This document shows, one piece after another, positions 40,601 through 50,039 of a stretch of DNA of 64,000 nucleotides. The position numbers and the translations under genes were made by a program. The stretch lies in NCBI RefSeq assembly GCF_036971445.1, contig NC_091473.1, forward strand, positions 205,096,001-205,160,000, written 5' to 3'. The notes under the pieces are model-generated. The model saw nothing but the letters and a program-made list of their open reading frames with translations. It was not told the DNA's origin and searched no databases. Within the stretch, counting starts at the first letter, position 1; every line of letters starts with the position of its first letter. This DNA comes from Narcine bancroftii (taxonomy: Eukaryota).

Positions 40601-43397
40601 CAGCCCCCACCCCTTCCTCCAGCAGCTTGTCCCATGCACCCACCATCTCTGTGTGAAGGTGATCCCCTCTCACCTTAATCCCATGTACTCTGGTTTCAGA
40701 TTCCCCGAGTCTGGGGGAGGGGAGGGGGGGGAAACTGTGACTGCCCGCCTTATCCACGTCCTTCCTGATTTTAGAAACCTCTCTCAGGTCTGCCTCAACC
40801 TTTGACACTCGAGGAAGAAATGCCACGAGAGTGCAGAAAAGAATGATTGATGGGCTGGGTAAGGGAAGGGGTTTGAATTGAAATGTCAACTGTTCTGATC
40901 CCTCCCACAGATGCTGCTTGAACTGGTGAGTTCCACTGGCAGAGTGGTTCACTGGTGGTGGTGGTGGGTGGGTGGGGGGTGTGTGTGTGTGGATATACGA
41001 GTCTGTGAGTATGACAGTGTGTGTGAGTGCATGTTTGTGTGTGAGTGCGTGTGTGTGCACGCACCCGCGCATTTGTATCTGTACATTTGGGACTTTGTCC
41101 ATATACGAGTCGATACATGAGTCTGTGTGTGTGAGTGTGAACCTGTGTCTGTGAGAGGGTGTGTCTATGTGTGTCTTTGCACATGTGCGCGTGTGCGAGG
41201 GCACGTGTGCAAGTTTGTAAGTGTGCCTGCATGTTGGTGAAGTCTGCAACAGGTGGGTTTCCCCCACCCCCCAGGGTTTCTGGTTCCCAAGAATGCCCCA
41301 GAGACCCCATGCAGGTTGGGGAATGAAATTGCCCCACCCACCCTCTTCTCAGTGCAGTGTGGGATGGGGTAGAGACAGAATGTGGGGAGGGGGCAGGGAA
41401 GAGTGGAATGAGTCAGCAAGAGCAACATGGGGGTTCAGAGGTCGACAAGCCTGCTGTTCGAGGCCTTCCACTGCACGAGCCCTCCAATGCGTTCTGGGCC
41501 TGGGGAAGCCTCACCTTCTTCTTTCGCAGGCAGGCAGCCTGGTCAGCGGAAGGCTCTGGAACGTCATGCAGCTCTGGAGGACCTGACTCTCCGGTAGCCT
41601 CTGCCAGGTCCTCATACTCTTGTGCAGACAGGTCGCAGATGGGCATGTGTGCATCCGGCTCAACGGGATCCTCAGGTAGAAGGGGAGAATGAGCATGTCC
41701 GCACATCAATCCTCAACAAGTCTACTCCTGCTGGGAGACATTCCCAAACTCTGCCCGCCTTCCAGCATGGAATTCAGTAACCCACTCCCAGCAGTGGCGG
41801 ATTAACTCCTACCCAGACCCCAAGGCTGAGCTTCAGCAAGGCTCCCCCTGACCTTGCCCACCCCCCACCGTCACACCCTTCATTGAATAAAGTGATGTTG
41901 TTACGTTAAAATATCGCTGTACTATGTGTAATGCACGACATGTATAACATCATAAAGTTATACAAATCAATTACAGCCCTTTCATTCATTTTCTTTACAT
42001 TTGTACTTAAACAACCTCCGTGTTTTTTGGATTACAGAAATATCGATAACAGCACGTAAATCAGCAGATCTAATTCAATGTGACAGATGACTAAGTTTCT
42101 CATGGTTCCTTGTTGAGCACAAATAGGTTTTGATCCCTTTCAGTGTTGAAAATGAACACACACCTGAATAGTTAGTGATCGTTAAGGAAAGATCAATTCG
42201 AAACCAAATGTATGGATTTGGATACACCTCGTACAGTCGATCTCTTGCCAGAGATCGATACATCGTAGTGACCCACAAGTATTTCCCACTGGTGGACTGA
42301 AACACTGAAGAAATTGTACAATGCCCCAACCCAGAACCCTCCCTCAGCCTACCGCACACCAGAGCTCCTGTCGCCCCGCCTCTGAACCCTCCCCTCAGCC
42401 TATCTTAACTGAGGGGCACAATTTGCGTCTAATGAATTCAGTTTTTAAATAAAACATTTTACTCACATCTCTCCAATTTAATTTGAACATAAATAAAGTA
42501 TCGTTTGCACCTGGGCTTCACGGCGATTCATGCATGCGCAGCGTGCAAACCCCAATCCACGCTGAAGGGCTGAACGTGCCCAATCAGCAGGGAGCTTATA
42601 CCGTTAACACCCAATCGACTGGAGACACACAAGGAGACGGCAGATGTCTAAAGCCAAACACAATGCGCAAGAGGAACTCAGCAGGAGAAAAAGAACAGTC
42701 GATGTTTCGAGCCGGGGCTCCAATCGATGACAAGTCCAAGAAAACCATTTGTCACCAATCAGTGATTGCTCGAACCCATTTGTTATCGGGCTCCCCTCCC
42801 TTCCAGGCCCCTAGCCTTGAGCCTACTCACCTAATGGTTAATCCGCCACTAACACCCATGAATGTTATTCTAAATATAAACCCCCCCACCCCCGAACCCA
42901 GATAGACCCATCAGTAACCAATCCCTGGGTTACTGATATTGAATAAAAATCCCCAACTCCTCGAACCACTGGATTTGATCCCAGCTTTTAACCCACTCCC
43001 ATGGATCTGTTGTTCTATACATTTGTCCCCAATACCTCACCCGACCCCCCCCCCCACCACCCATTACCTGTCGCTGTGGGACATCCCAGTTTTCTGGGGG
43101 CCCCAGGTAGGGTCTGGGTTCCTCCGCTGCCACTGATCTTCGATCCGACTTGGCCCCCAGGGTCTGGAAGCTGGAGGGGCAGAGGGCGGAGGGCAGCTTT
43201 GGGGTGAGGGTGCGGCTGAAGCAGAGGGGAAGTGGGGTTAGGGAGCGGGAGAGGGTCTGGTGGATGCCGGTCCCCAGAAACCTGTTGCTCAGCAGGTGAG
43301 GGGCGGCGAGCTTGGGATGCCGGAGAGATAGGGTCCTGGAGAGCAGTCGGTTGTCCAGGTCGGGGAACCTGCAGAGAGGCCTCCTCTTGGTCTTCAT
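4488..43397 (-). CDS. TEP1: TEP1 (telomerase protein component 1), 5' portion, 20 coding exons; gene presumably continues left of window
   Basis: All 20 exons have GT-AG boundaries and matching phases (sum 2936 nt = 978 codons + 2). Peptides resemble TEP1: EPEFLLK-type/[73 protein letters not shown] (TROVE); [41 protein letters not shown] (DUF4062). Confidence 0.95.
4695..5150. repeat. About 38-bp minisatellite
   Basis: ttcccattcactcccactgtccacattcccaatg units. Confidence 0.9.
5184..5305 (-). CDS. TEP1: TEP1 exon ([19 protein letters not shown]...YTRDPAVL)
   Basis: tctag|/|GTGGGA boundaries, phase 0-2. Confidence 0.93.
5520..6310 (-). mobile_element. Decayed CR1-like LINE 3' end with internal 60-bp x3 tandem (5985-6170)
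   Basis: CR1 C-terminal relics; three near-identical 60-nt units. Confidence 0.55.
6810..7078 (-). mobile_element. tRNA-derived SINE
   Basis: Head gggcagcacggttggtgtggcggt..ttgaatcc; same family as 25273 and 45054; short tandem tail. Confidence 0.75.
7477..7597 (-). CDS. TEP1: TEP1 exon ([40 protein letters not shown])
   Basis: tgcag|/|GTGAGG boundaries, phase 2-0. Confidence 0.95.
8326..8502 (-). CDS. TEP1: TEP1 exon, DUF4062 start ([22 protein letters not shown]...[15 protein letters not shown])
   Basis: aacag|/|GTGGGT boundaries; hallmark motif. Confidence 0.96.
9285..9437 (-). CDS. TEP1: TEP1 exon ([26 protein letters not shown]...)
   Basis: aag|/|GTACTC boundaries, phase 2-2. Confidence 0.88.
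10300..13738. mobile_element. Solo LTR (about 1 kb net, TG...CA) with 4-bp TSD ATGG, split by RTE
   Basis: atgg|TGTAATG...TGTAACA|atgg, interrupting the minisatellite. Confidence 0.8.
10354..12784 (-). mobile_element. RTE LINE with inverted 5' segment (12301-12784 on plus)
   Basis: RT motifs ([29 protein letters not shown]) on minus; upstream ORF piece on plus; flanks gttacatat / gttacaaat. Confidence 0.92.
14064..14132 (-). CDS. TEP1: TEP1 exon ([23 protein letters not shown])
   Basis: cacag|/|GTGAGA boundaries; NDxxLxGxSDxIL motif. Confidence 0.88.
15310..15982 (+). mobile_element. LTR-like element
   Basis: AATAAA at about 15903 and ...CATCACA end; related sequence near 18530; no TSD found and left boundary uncertain. 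Confidence 0.35.
16492..16613 (-). CDS. TEP1: TEP1 exon ([10 protein letters not shown]...[21 protein letters not shown])
   Basis: tgcag|/|GTAGGC boundaries, phase 0-2. Confidence 0.85.
17382..17465 (-). CDS. TEP1: TEP1 exon ([10 protein letters not shown]...RDHEQ)
   Basis: accag|/|GTGGGT boundaries, phase 0-0. Confidence 0.78.
17830..17982 (-). CDS. TEP1: TEP1 exon ([17 protein letters not shown]...EAK)
   Basis: ggcag|/|GTCAGT boundaries, phase 0-0. Confidence 0.88.
18939..19437. mobile_element. Cluster of hAT-type MITE copies forming an inverted repeat
   Basis: Repeated CAGTGGTTTTCAA-type termini; 18994-19154 is the reverse complement of 19278-19437; related fragments near 18472 and 49640. 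Confidence 0.7.
19839..20058 (-). CDS. TEP1: TEP1 exon ([38 protein letters not shown]...)
   Basis: cccag|/|GTGAGG boundaries; end of TROVE and start of VWA-like region. Confidence 0.92.
21728..22288 (+). mobile_element. Solo LTR (561 bp) with 5-bp TSD CCAAG
   Basis: ccaag|TGTAATGG...AACAACA|ccaag; AATAAA near 22215. Confidence 0.85.
23560..26480 (+). mobile_element. Decayed CR1 LINE ORF2, split by a SINE
   Basis: Relics of EN (gagcattttggtgacagtgaccac), RT (taaggcatttgacaa, ggatctgttctgggacc) and C-terminus. Confidence 0.75.
25272..25630 (+). mobile_element. tRNA-derived SINE with duplicated head
   Basis: Two successive head-like blocks (gttag..caac..acagtgcc..aaatcc..tctgtaaagag) then body and tail. 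Confidence 0.7.
26916..27096 (-). CDS. TEP1: TEP1 exon ([12 protein letters not shown]...LKRLQELR)
   Basis: cccag|/|GTGAGA boundaries; phase 1-2 fits both neighbours; basic low-conservation segment. Confidence 0.8.
28184..28274 (-). CDS. TEP1: TEP1 exon ([16 protein letters not shown]...)
   Basis: cccag|/|GTGAGT boundaries; SRQFPFRFL motif. Confidence 0.93.
29103..29212 (-). CDS. TEP1: TEP1 exon ([27 protein letters not shown]...)
   Basis: tacag|/|GTAAGT boundaries, phase 1-0. Confidence 0.95.
30401..30558 (-). CDS. TEP1: TEP1 exon ([43 protein letters not shown]...)
   Basis: aacag|/|GTGAGG boundaries, phase 2-1. Confidence 0.95.
31019..31146 (-). CDS. TEP1: TEP1 exon (GGRLNPD...[25 protein letters not shown])
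   Basis: ttgcag|/|GTGAGA boundaries, phase 0-2. Confidence 0.9.
31190..31832. repeat. About 38-bp minisatellite, same family as 4695-5150
   Basis: Same unit sequence. Confidence 0.9.
32380..32952 (+). mobile_element. Decayed CR1 fragment (3' end resumes about 35098-35215)
   Basis: EN/linker relics ending aacccc aaggtgttctac. Confidence 0.6.
32953..35099 (+). mobile_element. RTE LINE, 5'-truncated, non-functional (stop at 33718, FADN in place of FADD)
   Basis: 445-aa ORF with RT C-half and zinc finger; near-identical to the 10354 copy; aagaagaag tail. Confidence 0.93.
35414..35563 (-). CDS. TEP1: TEP1 exon ([39 protein letters not shown]...)
   Basis: ggcag|/|GTGAGT boundaries; [10 protein letters not shown] motif. 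Confidence 0.93.
36476..36637 (-). CDS. TEP1: TEP1 exon ([20 protein letters not shown]...[13 protein letters not shown])
   Basis: cacag|/|GTAGG boundaries; strong TROVE motif. Confidence 0.95.
36700..38067 (+). mobile_element. Penelope-like (GIY-YIG) relic, interrupted by duplicated TEP1 intron segment 37251-38007
   Basis: [11 protein letters not shown]-type and [18 protein letters not shown] before the insert; [15 protein letters not shown] after it. Confidence 0.7.
38765..39930 (-). mobile_element. Decayed CR1-like 3' fragments
   Basis: ccagaac..acacaatactccaag and gcattccaggcaccc relics repeated twice. Confidence 0.55.
40091..40225 (-). CDS. TEP1: TEP1 exon ([11 protein letters not shown]...DPEFLLK), start of TROVE
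   Basis: ttccag| acceptor, |GTGTGA donor, phase 0-0. Confidence 0.92.
41515..41670 (-). CDS. TEP1: TEP1 exon ([10 protein letters not shown]...LRKKK)
   Basis: Acidic linker ending LRKKK; AAG|GTGAGG donor; acceptor is an unusual gAG after a pyrimidine tract. Confidence 0.7.
41792..42851 (-). mobile_element. Non-autonomous hAT DNA transposon
   Basis: TIR AGTGGCGGATTAAC / GTTAATCCGCCACT; degenerate 8-bp TSD actcccag/acacccat; internal [21 protein letters not shown] relic of the hAT dimerisation domain. Confidence 0.8.
43068..43397 (-). CDS. TEP1: TEP1 first coding exon ([19 protein letters not shown]...PQRQ)
   Basis: cccacag|GGATG acceptor with ATG at 43397; CAG|GTAATG donor; two LxNRxL motifs resembling TEP1 N-terminal repeats. 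Confidence 0.75.
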
Positions 43398-43984
43398 CCC
43401 TGTGGGAGAGGTTAGGTGAGGAGGGGAAAAGAGAGCTGGATGAAAGAGGATCTGTCTCCACTTCCCCAGCACACCACCACTCCCCCAACCCCAATTGCCC
43501 AGCAACCCCTGGTGTAGGGAAGACCCTTTTAAATTTAAAAAGGACAGAGGTGAGTTCTGGAAACATTGCTTCAGCGCCCTCAACCAACCTTGCTGGCAAG
43601 GCCTGGAACCACTGCCGCCTTTGTCTGATGCACCCCTCCTCATCCCGAATACGCCGTTGCTCATACTGTTCCCCCACCTAAACACTATGACCATCCTCCC
43701 GGATACTGTCAGCCCCTCCTGGACACAGGGAACACCCACTCCCCCGCACACTGGGGACACACTAGACATTGGGAAACCATCTCAGACATTCTACCTCCCC
43801 TCCTGAACATGGGGAACCCCTCCCAGACACTGTAAAACCCCAGTGCCCTCTGTACTTATCCTGGCCCCTAGACTCTCTTTATCTCTGTAACTACCTCCGG
43901 TCCCTACACCCCTCCCCATCACCCCTCTCATTCCCTAAACCACCCCACCCCGTCTCTGCAACTTCCTCCAGTTCCCTGCTACAC

Positions 43985-44725
43985 TACCTATCTCTGTAGC
44001 CCCCTCCGGTCCCCACACCCATCCCTAACACTGTAGTCCCCTCCGGTCCCCACACCCCTCCTAACACTGTAGTCCCATCCGGTCCACACACCCCTCCCCA
44101 AAACTGTAGTCCCCTCTGGTCCGCACAATACTTCCCATCTCTGTAGCCCCCTCCAGTTCCAACACCCCTCCCTATTGCTATGGCCCCCTCCAGTTCCCTA
44201 ACACTGTGGTTCCCTCTGGTTCCAACACCCCTCCCTATCTCTGTAGCCCCCTCTGGTCCCCACACCCCTCCCTAACACCGTAGTTCCCTCTGGTTCCCAT
44301 ACTCCTCCCCATCTCTGTAGCTCCCTCCGGTTCCCACACCCCTCCCTATCTCTGTAGTCCCATCGGGACCCCACACCTCTCCCTGACACTGTAGTCCCAT
44401 CGGGACCCCACACCTCTCCCTGACACTGTAGTCCCCTCCGGTCCCCATACCCCATCCTTATCTCTTTATCCCCCTCCCTATCTCTGTAACCCCTTCCGTC
44501 CCTCACAGCCCACTCGATCTCTGTAAACCCCTCCCGTCCCCCACACCCCTCCCTATTTCTGTAGCCCCTTTCGGTCCCCACACCCCACTCTATACCTCTC
44601 AACCCCTTCGGTTCCCCACACCCCAATTGATCTCTGTAAACCCCTCCCATCCCCCACACCCCTTCCTATCTCTGTAGCTCCCTCCGGTCCCCACACTCCA
44701 CTCTATCTGTAAACCCCTACGGTTC
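43985..44725. repeat. About 35-bp minisatellite
   Basis: ctgtagtccctccggtccccacacccctccct units. Confidence 0.85.
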
Positions 44726-45053
44726 CCCTGATCCCTGAAACTGCTTCCAGCCAATCTCGGGGAGGTGGTGTCAATGGCCGGAGGATCAGGTTTTGAACCC
44801 TGACCTCTGCTGCTGTGGGAAGGCAGCGTGGACTACTGTACTGTGCCGGATGGGGGCTTCATGGGGCTCACGTGAAATATGTGAATGTGCCGGACCTGTG
44901 TCCAGCAGTGGTGAGGCCACAACACGAGTATTGCCTGAAACTCTCTCACACCTCTCTCCATTGATCCCTCACTTCCCTTCACCACCATCTCACTCTCTCT
45001 CTCTGACTCCCACTGTTACACCTCTCTTCCCCCTCCTCTCCTCCCTCAACCGT

Positions 45054-45306
45054 GGGCAGCATGGTTAGCATAGAGGTTGGCGCAATGCTGTTACAGCACC
45101 AGCAATCGGGACTGGGACTTAAATCCTGCGCTGTCTATACATTCTTCCTGAGTCTGCGTGGGTTTTCCCTGGGGGCTCCGGTTTCCTCCCACCATTTGAA
45201 ACGTACCAGGGGGTGTAAGTCAATGGGATGTAAATTGGGTGGGACGGGCTCATGGCCCGAAATGGCCTGTTAACGTGCTGCATGTCTAAATTTAAAAAAA
45301 TTAAAT
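45054..45306 (+). mobile_element. tRNA-derived SINE
   Basis: gggcagcatggttagcatagaggttgg head; same family as 6810 and 25272. Confidence 0.75.
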
Positions 45307-45309
45307 TCC

Positions 45310-47449
45310 TCTCCCCTTCACATGCTCCTCCGCTCCTCATTCTGTTCTCCCCCTCCTCTACCATTTGTCCTTCCTCCTGCCTCACCTCCCTGTCCATCCA
45401 CTCTTTCCTCTCCAAATCCCTTCCCCACTCCCTCTTCCTCCTGCCTCCCTACCCCTCTCCTCCCTATCCTTACTCTCCCCTTTTCACCCGTCTCTTAACC
45501 CATCATCCCCACTCCCCTTCCCACTGCTCCTCCCTCTCCCCCACCCTCCCTAACTATCAACTCAATACCTCCTCTCCTCCGCACTATCCACTCCTTCCTT
45601 TCCCCTCTCTTCTCCTCCACCTTCTCCCCTACCACCTCGCCACTCTTCACTCCTATCCTCTGCTCTACCTTTTACCTCTGCCACTCTCCCCTTCATCTCT
45701 CCCATCCTCTCCTGACCCCTGCCTTGCCACCTACTCTCTTCAATCCACTCTAGCTGCCATCTCTCCCCAATCCATCCCTCTCTCCATCCTCCTCCCGTTC
45801 CATCCCTCTTCTCTAATCCCCACTCTTCTTCATCCCCCTCTCAGTTCCCCTCCCTCTATTTTCTCTCTCTCCACCCTACCATCCCTGCTCCCTACCACCT
45901 TCCCCCCTCACTCCTCCTAACCCTTTCCGCTTCCCTCCCCAATTGCTCCCCTCTCCTATTCCCCCACACCCTCTACTCCAGTTTCCCCACCTCCTTTCCT
46001 TTGCCCAAACCCCTTCCTTCCTTCCCCACCCTCCCTTCCCTGCTCTCTCGTTCCCCACCACCTTCCTTCCTTCCCTGCCCCTGTTCCTCCCCATCTCTTC
46101 TTCCTTGCACCTCATCCCCTCTTCCTTCCCCACCTCCTCTTCCTTCCTTCCCCACCCTCCCTTCCCTGCTCTCTCTTTCCCCACCCTCCCTTCCCTGCTC
46201 TCTCTTTCCCCACCCCTTCCTTCCCTGCCCCTGTTCCTCACCATCTCTTCTTCCTTGCACCTCATCCCCTTACTTCCCCACCTCCTCTTCCTTCCCCCAT
46301 CCCCACTTCCTTCCTTCCGCCACCCACTTCCTTCCTTCCGCCACCCACTTCCTTCCTTGCCCCTCTTCCTTCCTTGCCCCTCTTCCTTCCTTGCCCCTCT
46401 TCCTTCCTTGCCCCTCTTCCTTCCCTGCCCCTCTTCCTTCCCCGCCCCTCTTCCTTCCCCGCCCCTCTTCCTTCCCCGCCCCTCTTCCTTCCCCGCCCCT
46501 CTTCCTTCCCCGCCCCTCTTCCTTCCCCGCCCCTCTTCCTTCCCCACCCCTCTTCCTTCCCCCACCCACTCTTCCTTCCCCCACCCCTCTTCCTTCCCCC
46601 ACCCACTCTTACTTCCCCCACCCACTCTTCCTTCTCCCCACCTTCTTTCTTCCTTCCACCCACCTATCCTTCTCCCCACCCACCCCTGTTCCTTCCCCAC
46701 CCCACTTCCTTCTCACCACCCTCTACTCTTCCTTCCCCAACCCCTCCTCTTCCTTCCCCCACCCTTTTCCCACCCCCTGTTCCTTCCACCCATCCCGTTC
46801 CTTCCTCCCGCCCTTCCCCCCCACCCCATCCTCTTCTTTCCCCCCACCCCCTCCAGTTTCTTCCCCCACCCCCTCCTCTTCCTTCCCCAACCCCTCCCTT
46901 TCCCCACCCATTCTTCTTCCTTTACCCACCCACTGTTCCTTCCCTCCACCCCATTCCTTCCTCCCACCCTTCCCCCACCCCATCCTCTTCTTTTCCCCAT
47001 CCCCTCCAGTTTCTTCCCCCACCCCCTTCCTTTCCCACCGCTTCTTCTTTCTTCCCCCCCACCCCATTCTTTCCTCCCACCCTTCCCCCACCCCCTTCCT
47101 TTCCCACCACTTCTTCTTTCTTCCCCCCACCCCTGTTCCTTCCTCACACCCCCTCCAGTTCCTTCCCCCACCCATTTCCTTCCTTTCCCACCCCCTCCTT
47201 CCCCCACTCCACTTCCTTCCCCACCCCTTCTTTTCTTCCCCCACCCCTGTTCCTTCCTCACACCCCCTCCTTTACCCCCACCCCCTCCAGTTCCTTTCCC
47301 CACCCCCCTTCTTGCTCCCACCCCCCTTCTTGCTCCCACCCCCCTTCTTGCTCCCACCCCCCTTCTTGCTCCCACCCCCCTTCTTGCTCCCACCCCCCTT
47401 CTTGCTCCCACCCCCCTTCTTGCTCCCACCCCCCTTCCTTCCCCCCCAC
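45310..47449. repeat. 2.1-kb C/T-rich low-complexity tract with 18-bp tandem arrays (46340-46560, 47300-47435)
   Basis: Almost no G on plus strand; cccccttcttgctcccac repeated about 7 times. Confidence 0.92.
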
Positions 47450-47640
47450 CTCGTTCGCAGTTTCCACGGACGCGAAGGTTCCTCGGCCCTGCGGACGTCA
47501 CATGACCTTGCGCGCGTTGGTGCGGGTGATTGGCTGGAGCGGAAGCGAATGAAAGGGCGTGAACGGCCTCGCGCTGCGGTAGCGAACGGATGATCCGAGC
47601 AGCAATGGCGGAACGCGGAGGAGCTGAGCATCCCTCAGCT
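47450..47640 (-). promoter_or_regulatory. Putative TEP1 CpG-rich promoter and non-coding exon 1 (donor GAG|GTGGGG at 47450/47449)
   Basis: Local CpG cluster containing GACGTCACATGAC (overlapping CRE/E-box), GATTGGCT (CCAAT box on minus) and CGGAAG (ETS-like); lies 4 kb upstream of the ATG exon. Confidence 0.6.
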
Positions 47641-48059
47641 GGGCCACTACCACCCCCCCCCCCCCCCCCCCCGTGGACGCTGCGAGACACACTGAGTCCC
47701 GTCCACCCAACTAATGGGGTTAACTTTATGACATCCCTCTGGACATGCGGAGTTCTCCTCGGTACGTTTCTCTGGTAGATCTGATGATTTGCACTGGACG
47801 ACATTTCTCCGCAGGCCTAAGATTTCTTTCCCCTCCTTTTTATTTCTATAAAATATATTTTATCCATTTTATGTATTGTTTCCTTGAGGGGTTGGTTGGG
47901 GCGCGAGGGGCTTTTCGGGGATGGGTCAAAATCATCAATTTGTTTTTTTTAATCGTAATAACTATAGTTACTGCATGTGTGGAATTGTAATTATAAATAA
48001 TATTTTTAAAATGGAGACCTACTGAGTTCCACCAACATTTCTGTATTTTTGGCCTGGAA

Positions 48060-49312
48060 CTGTGGCGTCATGAGGGTTGGTGTCACCCGAAACGGTAACT
48101 TATAGACCCCCTCTCAGCCCCCATGGATCCCCTCCCGTACCAGACCATTGAGAATCTTTCCCTCCCCCCGCCACCCCCCCCCCCCGACCTCCTCCCGTAC
48201 CAGATCAGACAGAATCTCCCCTTCCCCCATGGACCTCCCATAGCAGACCATACAGAATCCCTCCTTCTGTACCAGAATCTTCGCCCCCCCCCTCACCCCC
48301 ATTGGACCTCCTCCCATACCAGACCATACAGAATCTCCCCTCCATGGACCTCCTCTGTAACACCATACAGAATCCGCTCCCCCATGAACCTCCAACCGTA
48401 ACAGACCATACAGAATTCCACCCCCCCCCCCGTGAAACTCCTCCTGTAACAGACCATCCAGCATTCCCCCCTCCATGGATATCCTCCTGAAAGACCAGAC
48501 AGGATACCCCCTCCGATGGATCCCCTCCCGTACCAGACCATACAGAATCCCCCCTCCACGGACCTCTTCCCATACCAGACAGTACAGAATCCCACCCCAC
48601 CCCCTGCAGACCTTCTCCAGTACCACACCATACAGAATTCCCCCCAATGGACTGCCTCCCGTACCACATTCGGAAAGTTTAGTAAAGTTTTTTTTGTACT
48701 ATTTTACTAATAAATCGTAATTCCCATATATCGTTTAATTATATGAACTAGATGGTATAAATACTAACAATAAAATTGTTTTGTAAAATCCTTTTACATT
48801 GAATTACAACATTATTAGTTACAACGTTATTCGTAACTGATCAGAAGTCTTTTTAAATTTTTTTCCTTCTTATCTTTAATTACTACTTAATTCTCAAAAA
48901 AAAGTTTTGATACAGGTTCCAAAATACTAATTACCACAATATTGTAGCTAAAACACTGGAAAATTTGACAAAAGCAGTGACCATAAAAACACCAGCAGCA
49001 ACGAAAAAAACAACACTTGCTTGTTTTTCCGTGCAAATTAAATCACGTGATTCAAAGCTTCATTGGGTAATAATGACAGCTCTGATTGGAGTGCATTAGA
49101 AGGTTCAAAAGGTAAATTAGCAGTGGTAGATATATTGATCCATGTAAGCTGGGCTTACAAAAAATGTTTGTTGTCATAACTAACTATAGGGATATTTTTA
49201 TAAATTTTTTTTTATAAATTCCTGCTGAAACTGCACAAAAATTTAATAGACAGGTAAATACCCTCTGATGGTGTCACCTGATGCGGTCCACACAACCCAA
49301 GTAACGCCAGTG
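48060..49312. mobile_element. Possible hAT-type MITE containing a minisatellite
   Basis: Degenerate TIR ctgtggcgtca / taacgccagtg; tggtgtcacc near both ends; no TSD. Confidence 0.4.
48120..48665. repeat. About 34-bp minisatellite
   Basis: ctcccgtaccagaccatacagaatccc units. Confidence 0.85.
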
Positions 49313-50039
49313 AGGGTTGTGGCAGGAGCACTGGCCAACAGGCAAGAGGCCATGGGTGGACATGGATAGGGAAGAGGGGAGCTCTGTGAATGCAGAGCTG
49401 GAAGAAAGGAGTTGGAAGGATAGGGAAAGTGAGATAAGGGGGAAACACAAAAGCGATTATTATCCTCCTGCCCACATATTTACAAACTACCCTGAACCCT
49501 AACCTTAGATTTGACACTAGATCTACCAGATTGTGAGCAAGTTGGTATGTGGGTTTGTCCTCAGTTTGAACAGTCTGAAGCCCACCACTCCGCTCCCACG
49601 CCGATAGCCCGCCACCAGCCCCCAATGATTGATAGCAGTGATTACTTAAGGTGGTATGTACATGGAAAGAAGTTTGAAATCCACGTCTTTCACTCAATAC
49701 TTGCAGTGGATTTCCCCAAACTCTTTTATAAATTGTATGCATATGTTTTATCAAATTGTGCGTGTATTTTCCCATGCTCTTTTATATATTCTGTGTATGC
49801 TTTATTAAATTGTGCATGTTTTTTTCCATGCTCTTTCATATTGTGTGCGTATATGCTTTATTCCCATGTTCTTCTATTAATTGTGTGTTAATAAAAGTAA
49901 TGTTTAATAGCAAACCCTTTGTTCAGACTCGTCTCTCAGGGACCTGACACTTTCTCAACTGAACAATGACCAGAGTGGGGACCAACAGCATCACTGTCAG
50001 CGTTACTCACCATGTCACCCTAATTTCAACCTGGTATAT

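Noticed and set aside
45876-47804. Long Pro/Leu- or Gly/Arg/Glu-rich ORFs (up to 530 aa)
   Set aside because: Artefacts of a C/T low-complexity tract that cannot form stop codons; open in many frames.
47780-47830. C/D snoRNA from TGATGA
   Set aside because: No properly placed D box or terminal stem.
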